This document shows positions 10,402 through 23,152 of a stretch of 64,000 nt of DNA, piece by piece. How positions within the stretch are numbered: position 1 is the stretch's first letter; each line of letters starts with the position of its first letter. The stretch is from Tricharina praecox (lineage: Eukaryota): positions 620,001 to 684,000 of the forward strand of contig NW_026250407.1 of NCBI RefSeq assembly GCF_024521635.1, in the 5' to 3' direction. Below the pieces are notes generated by a model. That model had not been told where the DNA came from. It searched no databases and was given only the letters and a program-made list of their open reading frames with translations. The position numbers and the translations under genes were made by a program.

Positions 10402-12103
10402 ATGTTGTCGACTGCCAGAACTGTTGTCGGAAAGTCGGCGAGGACCTCTGCCCTGAAGATGGTCGCTGCGTCCAGATCCGTGAGCACTTGGAGTCAGGTT
10501 CCCCAGGGTCCTCCGGTATGTTGTCGCTGCTTGATCTGGCCATGGAGACCATTGTGCTAACCAATTGACTTTGTAGGATGTGAGTATCTCCCCCGTCCCA
10601 CCGGAAAAAGCTGTCTCTAAACTGTTGCCGTCGCTGTCGTTGGGATAGGCCATTCTAGGTATGAAACTCGTTCTGTGAATTGGTGAAGCTCGTACTCATT
10701 GGCGCAGGTATCACTGAGGCATTCAAGGCCGACAAATTTGAGAAGAAGATCAACCTCGGTTTGTCGCAATATCTATCACGTATGTCGACGTAGATGACTG
10801 AGTCATTGCAGGTGTCGGCGCCTACCGTGACGACAACGGCAAGCCATACGTCCTGCCTTCGGTTCGTGCCGCCGAGAAGCGCATCGTAGACAAGGTTCTC
10901 GACAAGGAGTACGCTGGCATCACCGGTGTACCTGCTTTCACCAAGGCCGCCGCCGTCCTCGCATACGGACAGAACAGCCCAATCCTCGACAACGTAGCAA
11001 TCACCCAGTCCATCTCCGGAACCGGTGCTCTTCGTATTGCCGGCGCTTTCCTCGAGCGGTTCTACCCTCACACCAAGACTGTGTACCTGCCCAACCCCTC
11101 ATGGGCGAACCACAAGGCCATCTTCGGCGCCTGTGGACTGGATGTGAAGAACTACAGCTACTACAACAAGGAAACTATTGGCCTTGACATTGATGGACTC
11201 TTGAGTGATATCAAGGATGCCCCCTCGAGCTCCATCTTCCTTCTCCACGCTTGCGCGCACAACCCCACAGGCATCGACCCCACTCCCGAGCAGTGGAGGG
11301 CCATCAGCGATGCCATCAAGGCTGGCGGGCACTTCCCGTTGTTTGACATGGCGTACCAGGGTTTCGCTTCGGGCGATACCAACACCGATGCGTATGCGCT
11401 GCGTTACTTTGTGGAGCAGGGCCACCACGTTGCGCTGTGTCAATCATTCGCCAAGAACATGGTTGGTACCCGGTTATCGTGGGAGATGTCTATGCGCTTA
11501 TAGAGTATGCTAATATGATGATGCAGGGTCTCTACGGCGAGCGTGTCGGCGCCTTCTCTATCCTGGCTGAATCCGCCGAGGAGAAGAAGCGCATCGATTC
11601 GCAGATCAAGATCCTCGTTCGTCCGATGTACTCCAACCCTCCCGTACACGGAGCGCGCATTGCGTCTGAAATTCTCAACGACCAGGCCCTCAACAAGCAA
11701 TGGCTCGGGGAGGTCAAGGAGATGGCCGACCGGATCATCACCATGAGGGCGGTCCTGAAGAACAGCCTCGAGGAGCTTGGCAGCAAGCACGATTGGTCCC
11801 ACATCACTTCCCAGATTGGAATGTTCGCCTACACTGGCTTGACGCCTGAGCAGGTTGACACTCTTGCCAAGAAGGTGAGACCCACAGCATCGAATCCCGA
11901 GAAACTGCAAGCCCGTGCTGACACACATATAGTACTCCGTCTATGGAACCCGCGATGGCCGCATCTCGGTCGCCGGTATCACCAGCGGAAACGTAAAGTA
12001 AGTTACTCTATTACCATACTCGAAACCGGTCCAGTCCGCTAATGTGCATCCCCTTCTGCCTCACAGGTACCTCGCCGAGTCCATCCACAAGGTCACCCAA
12101 TAG
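10402..12103 (+). CDS. Mitochondrial aspartate aminotransferase; 8 exons (10402-10515, 10577-10579, 10649-10658, 10708-10758, 10812-11461, 11527-11874, 11933-11997, 12067-12103)
   Basis: Basic/Ser-rich presequence, then [86 protein letters not shown]. Confidence 0.95.
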
Positions 12104-12960
12104 ACAGTCCACAGTCCAAGCGGACATACTCCTCCCCTCTTAACGACGACGCCATCATTATTTCTTCTTCTTCTTTCTCTTTCATGATTCCTCATTCTTT
12201 TGTTTAAGCGGTTTCGGGTTTGGGAATGGGAAAAAAAATCTGTCTGTTCTTTTCTTCTTCTTTACTTCTGGTTTCTTCTTCTGGGTGTTTGTTTTTGGCG
12301 GCGACGGCGGCAGGGATAGAAGCTAGATGGAACCTGTAGCAGTGTAGCGTGTATCTACATACTCGAGCGTGTACTTTTATCATACATATGACAGCGGGCA
12401 GGTAGACGGAAATATATGTTGCTCCTCCTCCTGCATTCATATGCTTCATATGTACCCTGATTACGTGGATAGAGTGCCGTGCACTGCACTGCAGTGCAGT
12501 GTGCAGTGCAGTACAGTGCAGACTACATAACGCCAGTTGTTTTGCGATCATCGGGATTCGGGATTTGGGATTCGGGGGGATGGGCGAATGGAATGGTTGT
12601 GTTGCCGTGTTGTCGTGTGGTTTATAGTGATGTGCAGGGTGCTATAGATTAGATATGATGTGATATCTGCTTGCTCTATCTATCTATCCAAGTATGGAAG
12701 TCGACGTCAATGTCGACGTCGAGGGGTTTGTGCGGCGATCTTTTGCAGATTCCTACCAGCCTACGAAGCCAGGACGAGCTGATAATGGATCTGGATCGCG
12801 TCATACCGAAGGGATTTTGGCTGGCGCTGGTGGGATTGTCATTGGCCATTGGGTGACTGGTGGGGGGGGGGATCTCTGAAATCGAGGGGATGTGAGAATC
12901 TCTGGAATCGAGATCGGGGGATGGGTATGATATCGGTCAACTGGGAACTGGTGGGGCGCA

Positions 12961-13360
12961 AACGCTGGCCCGCTGTCACAACCGTCAGCTCCCCTGGGCG
13001 GAAGTATAATAGAGTATCAGATTATCGGCATCTCCGAGCAGCCAGCCACATGCCCTCGCCTCGAAGCCGTAGGGGGAGGATGGAGGAGGAGGAGGATACG
13101 CTGGCCCGCTGTCAGTTCCCTGTGTGGAAGTGTAATAGAGTAGAGTAGAGTATCGGCATATTCGAGCAGCTAGCCAGCCACACGCCCTCGCCCTCGCCAC
13201 GCCCTCGTCTCGAAGTCGGAGGAGCAGGAGCATGGAGGAGGAGGGTACATGTGGGGACAAACGCTGGCCCGCTGGCCCGCTGTCAGTCCCCCTAGGTGGA
13301 AGTATAATAGAGTATCGGCATCGCCGAGCAGCCCGCCAGCCCCACGCTCTTGCTCGCTCC
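12961..13360. repeat. Three degenerate tandem copies of a ~140-160 bp unit
   Basis: ACGCTGGCCCGCTG...GGAAGTRTAATAGAGTA...TATCGGCAT...CGAGCAGC...CCAGCC recurs at ~12962, ~13098 and ~13261. Confidence 0.8.
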
Positions 13361-16300
13361 ACGTGCGGTGCGGTGTCGGCAACGATAGGTACTCTGCTCT
13401 ATGTTTCATAACAGTGTCCGGTAGACAACAGCTCTGGAGCTTCGGCTTCGTCAATAGGTAGAGTAGGCCTGGCTGGTTGTGGCATGGACGAAGAGATTCG
13501 GATGGCTGGGTGTATATATGGAAACGGGAGGAGCTCGGGTCGTGGGCTGTGGTTCGACCATACATACGAGCAGTGCTGGTGATCGTGGTGGTGGTCGTGG
13601 TGAGTCGGCCGTGGTGCGTTTCCTCTCCTCTCGACATTTTGGATCTTGGATCGTGGATCTGGGATCTCGGATCGTGGATCTTGATTCTTGCGGGCTTGCA
13701 CCATGGATCGCGGGAGCTGAAGCTGGAGTTGGAGCTCAAGGTGGTGAGGGACCAGTGGCCGCTGGCCGCTGGCGAGAACGGAAGGGGGTGGAAGCTGGAA
13801 GCAGAGTGTCTGTCCTGCGGGAGTGTGAACCAGAGTATCTGCTTTTTGGGAGTGTCTGCTTGGTGCAAGTGTGGACGGTATTACGACAGATACCGAGCAC
13901 AAGCAAGGAGCGCAAACAGAGGCGACACCGATGAGGAGTTGCTCCAATAGATTGATGGGACTCCGCGGAGGAGAAGAACAGGTTTATCCCATTCCTGTAG
14001 ATGGATGCATCAGCAACAGGTCCGGAATTCGGATGTCTTCGCTCAGGCTGCCTACCACCACCACCGTAACCACCACAACCACCACAACCACCAAGGTACC
14101 TATCCATCCGGCTGGTTCCATTCCATTCCTCGCGTTGAAGTCCGTCCATACCGATGGGTAGGTATCCACTTTCTTGGTCGGGATCTGAGCATACGGTACA
14201 TACCCGTCGGAAGGGATATTGGCGACGGGAACTCGGATTGAGGAGCTTCTGCGGAGGAGGAGGAGGATCAGGAGGAGGCTGGGCTGGGAGGGAGGGAAGG
14301 ACGTTCAGACCGACTGGCACTGCTGTCCCTTTAACGCACCGTGCATACGAAGGCCTTATATGGACGTCCTACCGACGGATCCACAGAAGGCACGCCATAT
14401 TGGGTAGCTTCTCACGGACGGAGAAGAGAGAGGCAGGCGGTCACCCCTGATCATGATCTCCGCAGTTTCCCCCCAGCCCAGCCCGTGCCGAAGACCACGA
14501 GCAGAGTAGGTAGGTAAGATGTAGAGTATGTATCTAACGCAGGCACGGAATTCCAGGGCCATGGCGGGCTTTCCAGCGTCTCCCGGGGGGGGGGGTGGGA
14601 TGCATTGACGATTCTATGTAGGTATTCTACATCCTGCGATTCTACCACTACCGATATGTACTCCGGAGTAGGTACCTGCACCCGAGTCGGCCTTCACTCG
14701 GGAGGTCGAAGCCAGCGATCACGTGAGCATGCGCTGGTATTCACTCATGCAGATGCATCCAGCGCCGGCCGTACTGGAAGTAGAGTGAGTTAAGCAAGTA
14801 CCTAAGTTACCTAGCTGGGCGGTACTTAGCTAGAGTACATTAGGTAGATGGCTGGGCACAGCTTCGACGTCGACTTCGCTGTCCGAGTCGATTCCGCCCC
14901 CCCCTCTCTCTTCCCTCCCTCCCCTTTTTTATTTCGCGCTCGAGTGTGGGATGGTGGGAGGGAGTTTCTTTTTCGGGCCGGTTACTCTATCGATTATCGT
15001 GCCGGGAGGGATGGAGGGAGGGGAGGGGACGGTTACGTATCAACAAGCGGGGTTGTATCTACCTTCCCTGACCGGCGGCGGCGCCTCGTTCTCGAACGTG
15101 CATGTGGTTCTGTCTGTGTTTGTGGATGATGTGCAAGTCTGGACCGCGCAGCCAGAGCCTCTCGGGATTTCTGACGTAGGCAAGGTTGATTGCATGACGA
15201 CGGTGAGAGCAGGCGAGCAACGCGGACGGGGCGACGAAGGGCACAGTTGAAGGAGAGGCAGGCAGGCAGGCCAGGCGGATGGCAATGGGAATATAGCATC
15301 GATATCGCCGTAAACACCATTCCGACGGCCATCGCCGCTTCTTCTTCTTCTTCTTCTCGTCCTCCTGCTGATGTCGCCGCAGCTCCGGGAGCTCCTCCGA
15401 CAAGCAGCACGCGTATAGCAGCGGCAGCAGCAGTAGTGGTCAGCCAGGCAGGCACCGAAAGCGAGAGAGAATCGAACAATCGAACAATCGAACAATCGAC
15501 GAGGACGCTGAAGAAGAAGAATCGAACAATCGACGAGGAAGAAGAAGACCACCACCACCACCACCACCGCCGCCGCCGTCGCCGCAAACCTCCTCCTACT
15601 GCTCATCCGCTCTGCAAGTAGAGTAATCTATCCCCTCCGTCACAGGCGGACGGACAGACAGACAAAGCTCCTCCTCCTCCTCCCCCACCTCCTCCTTGTC
15701 CTCCTCCTCCTCTCCTCCTCCTTCTCCCTTCCGTCCCTCTCTTCGCCTCCCCATTCTTTCTCCCTGCCTTTCCTCCTCACCAGAGTAGTAGTCAGGCTAC
15801 TTACTACCCACTCCTCCGACGCGACGTCCGCTATATCACCGCTACCCACTGCTACTGCTACCACCCCGCCTTAGCTCGCAACCCACCCCTCATCCTCCCC
15901 CGACGCCGTGCCGTTACCACGTTACTCGTCACTCAGCACGAGCGTGAGCCCAATTAAACCCGCCCTTCCCATCATCTAACCACCACCATCATCATCCACC
16001 ACTATCACCCACCACCACTACCACCACTACCACCACTCACCACCACCACAGCCATCTACCACATCCACCATCCTCCTCCTCCACCACCACCCACTACCAC
16101 CCTCCTCCTCCTTCTCCGCTTCCTCACCCACCCTCGCTCCCCCCCCCATTCCACCCTAAAACAAACCTTGGCGGAATTCACCTAACTCGTTCTACTCCGT
16201 TGTTTTTTCGATAAAGAAGAAATACATATATCACAAAACAAATCACGCTGTTGTCTGCCGTTCCCGCTCTCGCCAGAAAGCACAACAAACAACTCGGAAG

Positions 16301-16792
16301 CTACTCGGAAAGCGGTAAAGAGTGAACAGTAACCCAACACCTCCACCGCTACTTTTACCCCCCCTCCCCCCAAAAGGCCTCTAGATTCTCTGCTCGCCCG
16401 CTCTAGTCACGCTAGTCCCCCCGTCATCTGAGGGTTCGCTGTTGGGAATACCCGCTTGGTGTCACATCCACAGCATTCGACCGTCTTCGTTGTTTCCACA
16501 ATACCATTCCCTACAAATAATCATCTGGCGACGAGGGCTGTCTTGCGTAGCAACAACCACCCCCACTCTCCCGCGACCCCACCAAGGCGAACCTCGACAA
16601 CCACCCTTCTCTAGGAGACGAAACACCCCGACGAGCCTCTACTTTCCCAAAAAAAAGGCCCTGCCCGTTCCAATCTCCTTACTTCCTCGCTTGAACCCTC
16701 CACCCCTCCCCCCCCCCCTTCCACCGTTTCAAAACCCCGCTGCGGTCCGCTGCAGCTTCCCCGCCAACTCAACCACCACAACCACCGACAAG

Positions 16793-17524
16793 ATGCCTCC
16801 CGCTGCCGATCCCCCGACCTCACCAACAGCTGCGGCTGCTCCGGTCGCTGCTCCTGAAAAGGTACGATCTGTATGCTCCTGCAATGCTCCTCCTCCTCCT
16901 ACTTCTCCTCGTCCTCGTCCTCCTCCTCCCCTCTCACCCTCCTCCTCCTCCTCCCCTCTCACCTTCCTCCTCCTCTTCGTCGTCGCTGTCATAGTCGGGA
17001 ATGTCGGGATGTTTATGTTGACTTGTGGTCCGTAAGGCGTTGGTGGTCGAAGAAATTATAGACATGGCCACATTTGAGCAGATCCGCGAGATGGACGACG
17101 AAGGAAGCGACGAGTTCAGCCGTGCGATCGTAACCGGCTTCTTGGATCAGGCGAGAGAGACATTTGACCAGATGGACACCTCCATGTCAGTGCATTCCCC
17201 ACCTCGACTCGTCCGAGCTTTGTTTCCGAATTTGATTACTGACTCACCTGAAACAACAGCCAGAAGAAGGACTTGGAGCAGCTGTCCTCGTTGGGCCACT
17301 TCCTTAAAGGCTCGTCAGCTACGCTCGGTCTCGTCAAGATCAAGGACTATTGCGAAAAGGTGCAGCATTTCGGAGAAAACAAGGATGAGACCGGTACTCT
17401 CCACGTTCCCGACAACGAGAAGTGTCTGAGCGCCATTGCGAAGGCGTTGAAAGGCATGCGCGATGAGTACGAGAAGGTGGTGCAGTTCTTTGATGAGGTG
17501 TATCCTCCTGAGGAAGAGGCTTGA
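16793..17524 (+). CDS. YPD1: Histidine-containing phosphotransfer (HPt) protein; exons 16793-16861, 17037-17185, 17260-17524
   Basis: IDMATFEQIREMDDE..EFSRAIVTGFLDQARETF, LSSLGHFLKGSSATLGLVKIKDYCEKVQHFG (phospho-His in HFLKGSS). Confidence 0.95.
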
Positions 17525-20500
17525 TGCGTTTGTTGAAAGTGTACAGCTTTTTGTTTGTTGCTTTCTTCATGGCGTATTGTTGTATTGCTTTTCTTCTCTT
17601 TCTCCCCCCGCCTGTTCTGGGTTTTCTTTGCATCATGAAGTGCTCTGTTCAAAGGGAATCGTTAGAACTACATCATGAGTCCTAATGGTTACATGCTTCA
17701 CATACTCGAGGGGATTTCTCGTGGGGACCTAATGTCTTCTTTTTCTTTTCTTCCTCCTCCTCTTCTCTTCTTCTTCCTTGTCTTCTTCTTCCGATCCGTT
17801 CGTCTACTCATCCCTTCACCTGGGTCCCTGTTGTCCTTGTGGGTGCACCTTATTGTTCCTGTTCACTCTTGGGTCTGCTTTCACTTCTTTCGGATGGGCT
17901 GGGCTACCTCCCATATCACCGACCTACCTACCTTATCACACCTTTCCCCTTTACCTGCTATCTCCACTTCCATATGCGCGCACGGGGTTGTTCCTTTTTT
18001 GCTTTGCTTTCCTTTTTATTTTTATTTTGGGGGGTGGGGCAAGGAGGTTTGGTTTGGTCTGGTTGGATGGTTCAGGGTGCTGGTTTGCATACCGCAGTAG
18101 ACTTTTTTTTTCTTCCTCTGTATGTGAAAATGTTTCCTTTTTGATATGTATTCTTTTTTTTTGATTATGTTCTTTTTTTCGATGATGCTGTGCTGGTGAT
18201 GCACGGGTGCTGAAAGTTGAAACGCTCTGCTCACTGGGTTATGATGTGCCTATGCCTATCTGCCGTAGTACGGTACGTTCGCCATCAAGTCAAGTCAAGT
18301 TAAAAACCTCCTACATAAGACCTCTAGGATGGTTGAGTTGGAACTGGGGAACTGGGGGGAACACAATGAATGAAAATGGAATGAGTGCTTTGTTGAACTG
18401 TAGGAATATATTTTCTTTTTTTTTTTTACTTTTTCGGTGATGGTGATACCGTGATGGTTGTGATGATGCTGATGATGATACTGCCGAGCCCCTTCCCTTT
18501 CCTATCCTTTCCTTCTTTCACTTCCTTTCCTTTTTTTTCTCGTGCTGGTGGTGGTGAAAGGATGGATGGGAAGAGGGGTAAGGATGGCATGGATGGATGG
18601 CATGGATGGCATGGGCGGCATGGATGGCATGGGATGGGTACGTCACACATGGATGTGCGGATGGGATGGCGGTGGAGAAGGGGCACCTCCTCGCTCCTCC
18701 ATGGGCGGTTACTCTACCCTACAGCCTAGGGCCTAGGTGGGGAGAGCGAGAGCTAGGCGATGGTGGTTGTGGGTTGGGGCCGTGTTTTCCCGTTTTCCCG
18801 TGCGCGTGTGCGTTGAATAATTGGGATTCGTGATGGGGCCGGTTGAAGAGGGGATGGTGGTGTTGCTGGTGGTGGTGTTGCTGGTGGTGGTGGTGGTGGT
18901 GGTGGTGGTGGGAAGTCTCTGTATTTCTGCCGTTTACAGTCGTATGGTGCATTCATTGTGTAGGTATTGCGGGGCATGATAACATGATAAGTTTCTATAT
19001 ACTTCTCAGATAGATACTTGGATAGATACCTAGACAAATGGATAGACAGATGGATGTATGGATGTATATGGACAGATGGGTATGGATGAACGGATAGATG
19101 TGGATGGATAGGTGGATGGATGCACGAACGAATAGATGGATAGATGTGACTGGACGAATCGATGTTCGCATCACAACCCGGGAATTGTGGAAACTGAGTG
19201 GGATGGGCGGTAGATTCTGGTAGATTCTGCGGTAGATGTAGTGTACTGTGCTATACGATATCGCCATCGATATCGATATTCGATACCGGGAAGCCTTCGA
19301 CGCAGTGATCGCGGTAGGTTAGGTATGATGTAGGTCGGTACGTGTATCGTGAGATCATGAGGTGGGGCCCAGGGCCCCTTCGATCTCATCTCTTCCGTCC
19401 ACCGGGCTTGCATCCCCGCGATTCTACACGCTGCATGCGCACTCGCGCGGCGGCGGCTATGTACGGTAGAGTAGAGTACCGGTATGCATGCATAATGAAT
19501 GGAGGTATGGCTTCCCCGAGGCTTCCAGAGTCCAGACATGTTTCATTTCATTCCGTTCCGGGGATGGGAGTGGAGGGGGATGGGAGGGCAAGGGAGGGGA
19601 GGGTAGGGTGAGGGGACGAGGAGGGGGGGGAAGGCAACTGTGACTCCCAAACCCATCCATCCATCCCGCACCGGGTGTCGCAGCTCGCTCTCTGACGTCA
19701 AAAACGGCCGGATCATCAGGTCCAGACCGATCCGTTGCACTTCTAGGCCTCCCCCTTCTCCCCGTTCTCCCTTTCGTTGTCGTCGTCGTACCGCCGGCAG
19801 GAGGCATTTCGCTGGAGTTACAGCTGGTTGGTTGGTTGGTTGGTTGGCCGGTTGGTGGGTTGCACGAGCACGTCAAAGGCCGAAGACGGAGAGGCCAGGG
19901 CCGGGATGGGCCAGGGTGGACTAGGGCCAGCCCGTCTTGTCTTGCCCGTCTTCAGCTGGCGAACTACCCCCTCCCCTCCCCTCCCATTCCACTCCGCACT
20001 CCCCTCCCACTCCACTGCCCCTCCATCACCCTACGGCGCCTAAGGCGCTTACTCGGCTGCCCCCCCCATCCACCTCTTCCGCCCCCCCTCCCCCGTTCCC
20101 CCTCCCGGGACCTTCCCTTCCCTCCGCTCCACTCCACTTGCGTCATCGCGCAGCGTTCGAGACCTGAGTGGCCGCATCGAATCCGTCGATCCCTACTTTT
20201 TTTTTATCTTTTTTTTTTTTTTTTTTGCTCGTGTCAGGTGCAGCTAGCGGGGAAGGGGAATGGGAATGAGGGGTGGAGTGGAATCGGCGGGATTTGGCGG
20301 TTGCTTTTTTGTTCATGTGGATTCCGGGTGGAATGGGGATGGATGGGGACGGATGGAGGGGATAGATGGGGAAGGGACGGGAGGGGGCTTGGGGCGGGTG
20401 AGTGAGTCGGAGAGGCGCGGGGGATCTTGGTGCGGGGATGTCTGCTCGGGCTTGTACTTCCGTCCGCTTCGACTCCGCCAGCCACGTCAACCGTGTAGGT

Positions 20501-20859
20501 ACGAACCCGTACCTCGGCGAAGCTCTTGCACTGATCCATCCGTCCGCTCGGCGGGTTCGGGAATCGAGTGACGCTCTGTGTACACATGAATGCATGCAGC
20601 CGTCGCACAGTTGCCTGCCTACATACCTCCCTGCCGTCGTACATACATGAGGCAGCAGGCAGGCAGGCGGCGGGCCGGGGGTGAGGAGAGAAGAGAGAAG
20701 GGGGGGCAGATGAGGGGGAATCTGCGAGGGGAAGATATAGCTCCTCCGCTATGTGTGCATGTTTGCTCTACCCAACTAGGGTTGCGCTGCTCTTCTGCGG
20801 ATATGCTGCCGGCCGAGGCTTGTATGGCTGAGCACGCGACAACTCAGAGTTAGATATAT

Positions 20860-21430
20860 AGCGGGCCTAGCGTCGGACAGTTGCTCCAAACGATCCGAAC
20901 GGAGAATTATTGCTAAGGCGGGTGCACGCTTTGTCTCGATTCTGATGGAGCGGGAAATATAGTGGGGGACTCCTGGTCGCGATGTAGTGGGACATTTGTG
21001 GAAAAATCGAATTTAATTACAAAACGGGTAATAAATAGCGATTTTGAGATTTTTTTTAGCAAAAAATGGCATTTTTAATTCCCTTTTCGGCCTATTTAGT
21101 CCACATTTCAGCCTATTATGGTCCTTAACTCACCCGATCGGGCTGTCCATGGGTTCGGGCACACTCAATGATGCTTATGTAATTCAAAATGGCCGTGATA
21201 TGTGGCTCATATGTGGCTCATATGTGGCTTCTTGAGCTAGCACCTTCCTAATCCGGAATAGGGCAGGGGCTTGGGGGTTAGGAGAGGTACATTCGGGGGA
21301 GCGCCCCACCAAAATCACTTTTTTTTCTAAATTCAAAGGAAAATCAACCACGCTTTCTAAAATTTAAAACTCGTGATTGAATGAATCAAAATACCATGAT
21401 CTATCGACTAATAACGAGCGTTAAGAATTT
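20860..21430. mobile_element. Possible transposon relic (non-coding, partly AT-rich island)
   Basis: Abrupt compositional change with A/T tracts (e.g. 21001-21090, 21310-21400) unlike the flanking GC-rich DNA; no termini or ORF identified. Confidence 0.25.
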
Positions 21431-22433
21431 GGTGTGGTTTTGGGGGAGGAGATAGGTGTCAAAGTTGGGGGTGTTTTTGCATCGGGACTAGGCGTCCCCC
21501 ACCATAATTGTAGAGTAGGACAAGAGGAGAAGATGTGAGGGGTGGTGGGTGGTGGGGTGGGTGTTCGTGGATAAGTAGGTGAGCAAGTACTTGTGTATAC
21601 CATGAGGTGTTGAGCGTGCGTGAATTCGAAAGGCATGTGCATGGGAGTAATCCACTCTGTGGTAGAGAGAGTACATATCATACCGTACCTACGGTAGGTA
21701 CTCTAGATACTTTACCATACCACTCCGCCGTTTGTAGCATGTACCGCCACGCAGTGCAATAAACGCCTTTACCCAGCTGTCTCGGGAACGAAAAGCGCCC
21801 TCCCTGCCACGGTAAAGTGCGCACCTTATATGTACGTACCGGTACCGTATCCGCTGTCAGGTGGCTTATCTCTGTCACAATGAAAAGAAGGGAAGGGAAA
21901 CTTCCCTTCGCGGCTCGCCCGTCGGCCCTGCGTCAGATGTTCCGGGCTGCGAGTCGAGCACGACATCCCGGAGGAGGGGGGGCATCCCTCATGGTCCACG
22001 GCCAATCCTGTACGGTTTTGTTACCACGGGAGGAGTACGACAAGGCAGGGTCTTCGCAGGCCACGCTGGATGGGTAAGTATGATCGCAGTCGAGTGTTTC
22101 TCGCTTGGATTGCCGCAGCCTAGATACCTTCGGTACTCCATAAGTAAGAGTACCTTAGGTAGGTGGTACATAAAGGGCTCGGTGGAGGGGTAGGTCAGCA
22201 AGTAGTGGTCAACTACGGCCGGCGGCGCGGCGCCCCCCGACGGGCGGGGATGACCGCTGCCAGGAAGCTCTCCACAGCACAGCTTACTAACCGCCTGTCG
22301 TGCGGGGGAGTCAGTCGCAGAATGAAGAAGGAGCGTCCCAGCAGCCTGAAGAAGAAGTCTACCCAGTACGCATGCGGTACTACCTAGCAGAAGCTCTTAC
22401 TCGATAGCTACCTATCAGATTCACCATGCTGAA

Positions 22434-22999
22434 CTTATCGATAGAGATACTTACCCACCTACCTACTTGACTTATCTGGAGGATGAAGGAAAAAGAAAGC
22501 AACGCGGTTCCCCCGTCTCCAGCCGGAGCTCCCCTTCGGCACCGGCACCGGTTCGCGCCGCCGCCGTCATTCGCAATTGAACGGCATTTGCTAATGCAAT
22601 CCGTGTGGCGGCCACCGCGTCGGTAAGGCTGGCGCCGTCTTCGTGATGGTTTATAGGTAATCAGTAAAGCCTCGCGGCCTGTCACGGCTTCTCAGATGTC
22701 AGTGGCAATATACATACTCAAGTAAATAGAAACCCTGAGACCGACACCCGAGAAGATCGTCGTTGCAGACATCTACAGATATCCAGGCACCTACAAATCT
22801 ACTTAGGTACCTTCCCACCTACCTATAGCTCTCTCATCCCACCTACCTGTTTTCACCCAGTTCCCGAACGCGGGAGGCGATATCTACTCTACCTATAGGT
22901 ATAGAAGTACTTACATATCTGCTTGCTTAGCTACCGTATAGCACCACGACACCCCTCACGAGTCACCGGTAGCTTGGGATCCTTGATTGGTCCCTTATC
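22434..22999 (-). promoter_or_regulatory. Three GATAAG sites upstream of xanthine dehydrogenase (candidate AreA/NIT2 sites)
   Basis: CTTATC at 22434, 22471 and 22994; purine catabolism genes are established AreA targets. Confidence 0.35.
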
Positions 23000-23152
23000 G
23001 ATTACTATAGTTACCAGCTGCATCCACAGCATAGCGGCGTGTGCCACCACTGGTCCACCATCAGCCCTCAACCTACAATCCAACTACTCGCATTCTCACC
23101 TCCAGAACCGTCTCTACTCCATCACGAAACACACGGAAGAAACCTAAAACCC

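Noticed and set aside
13170..15621. Many 100-230 aa ORFs between AAT and YPD1
   Set aside because: Low-complexity translations of microsatellites; no coherent splice model or domain
22620..22633. UaY-type site (TCGG-N6-CCGA) upstream of xanthine dehydrogenase
   Set aside because: TCGG half-sites are present but no matching CCGA at the right spacing
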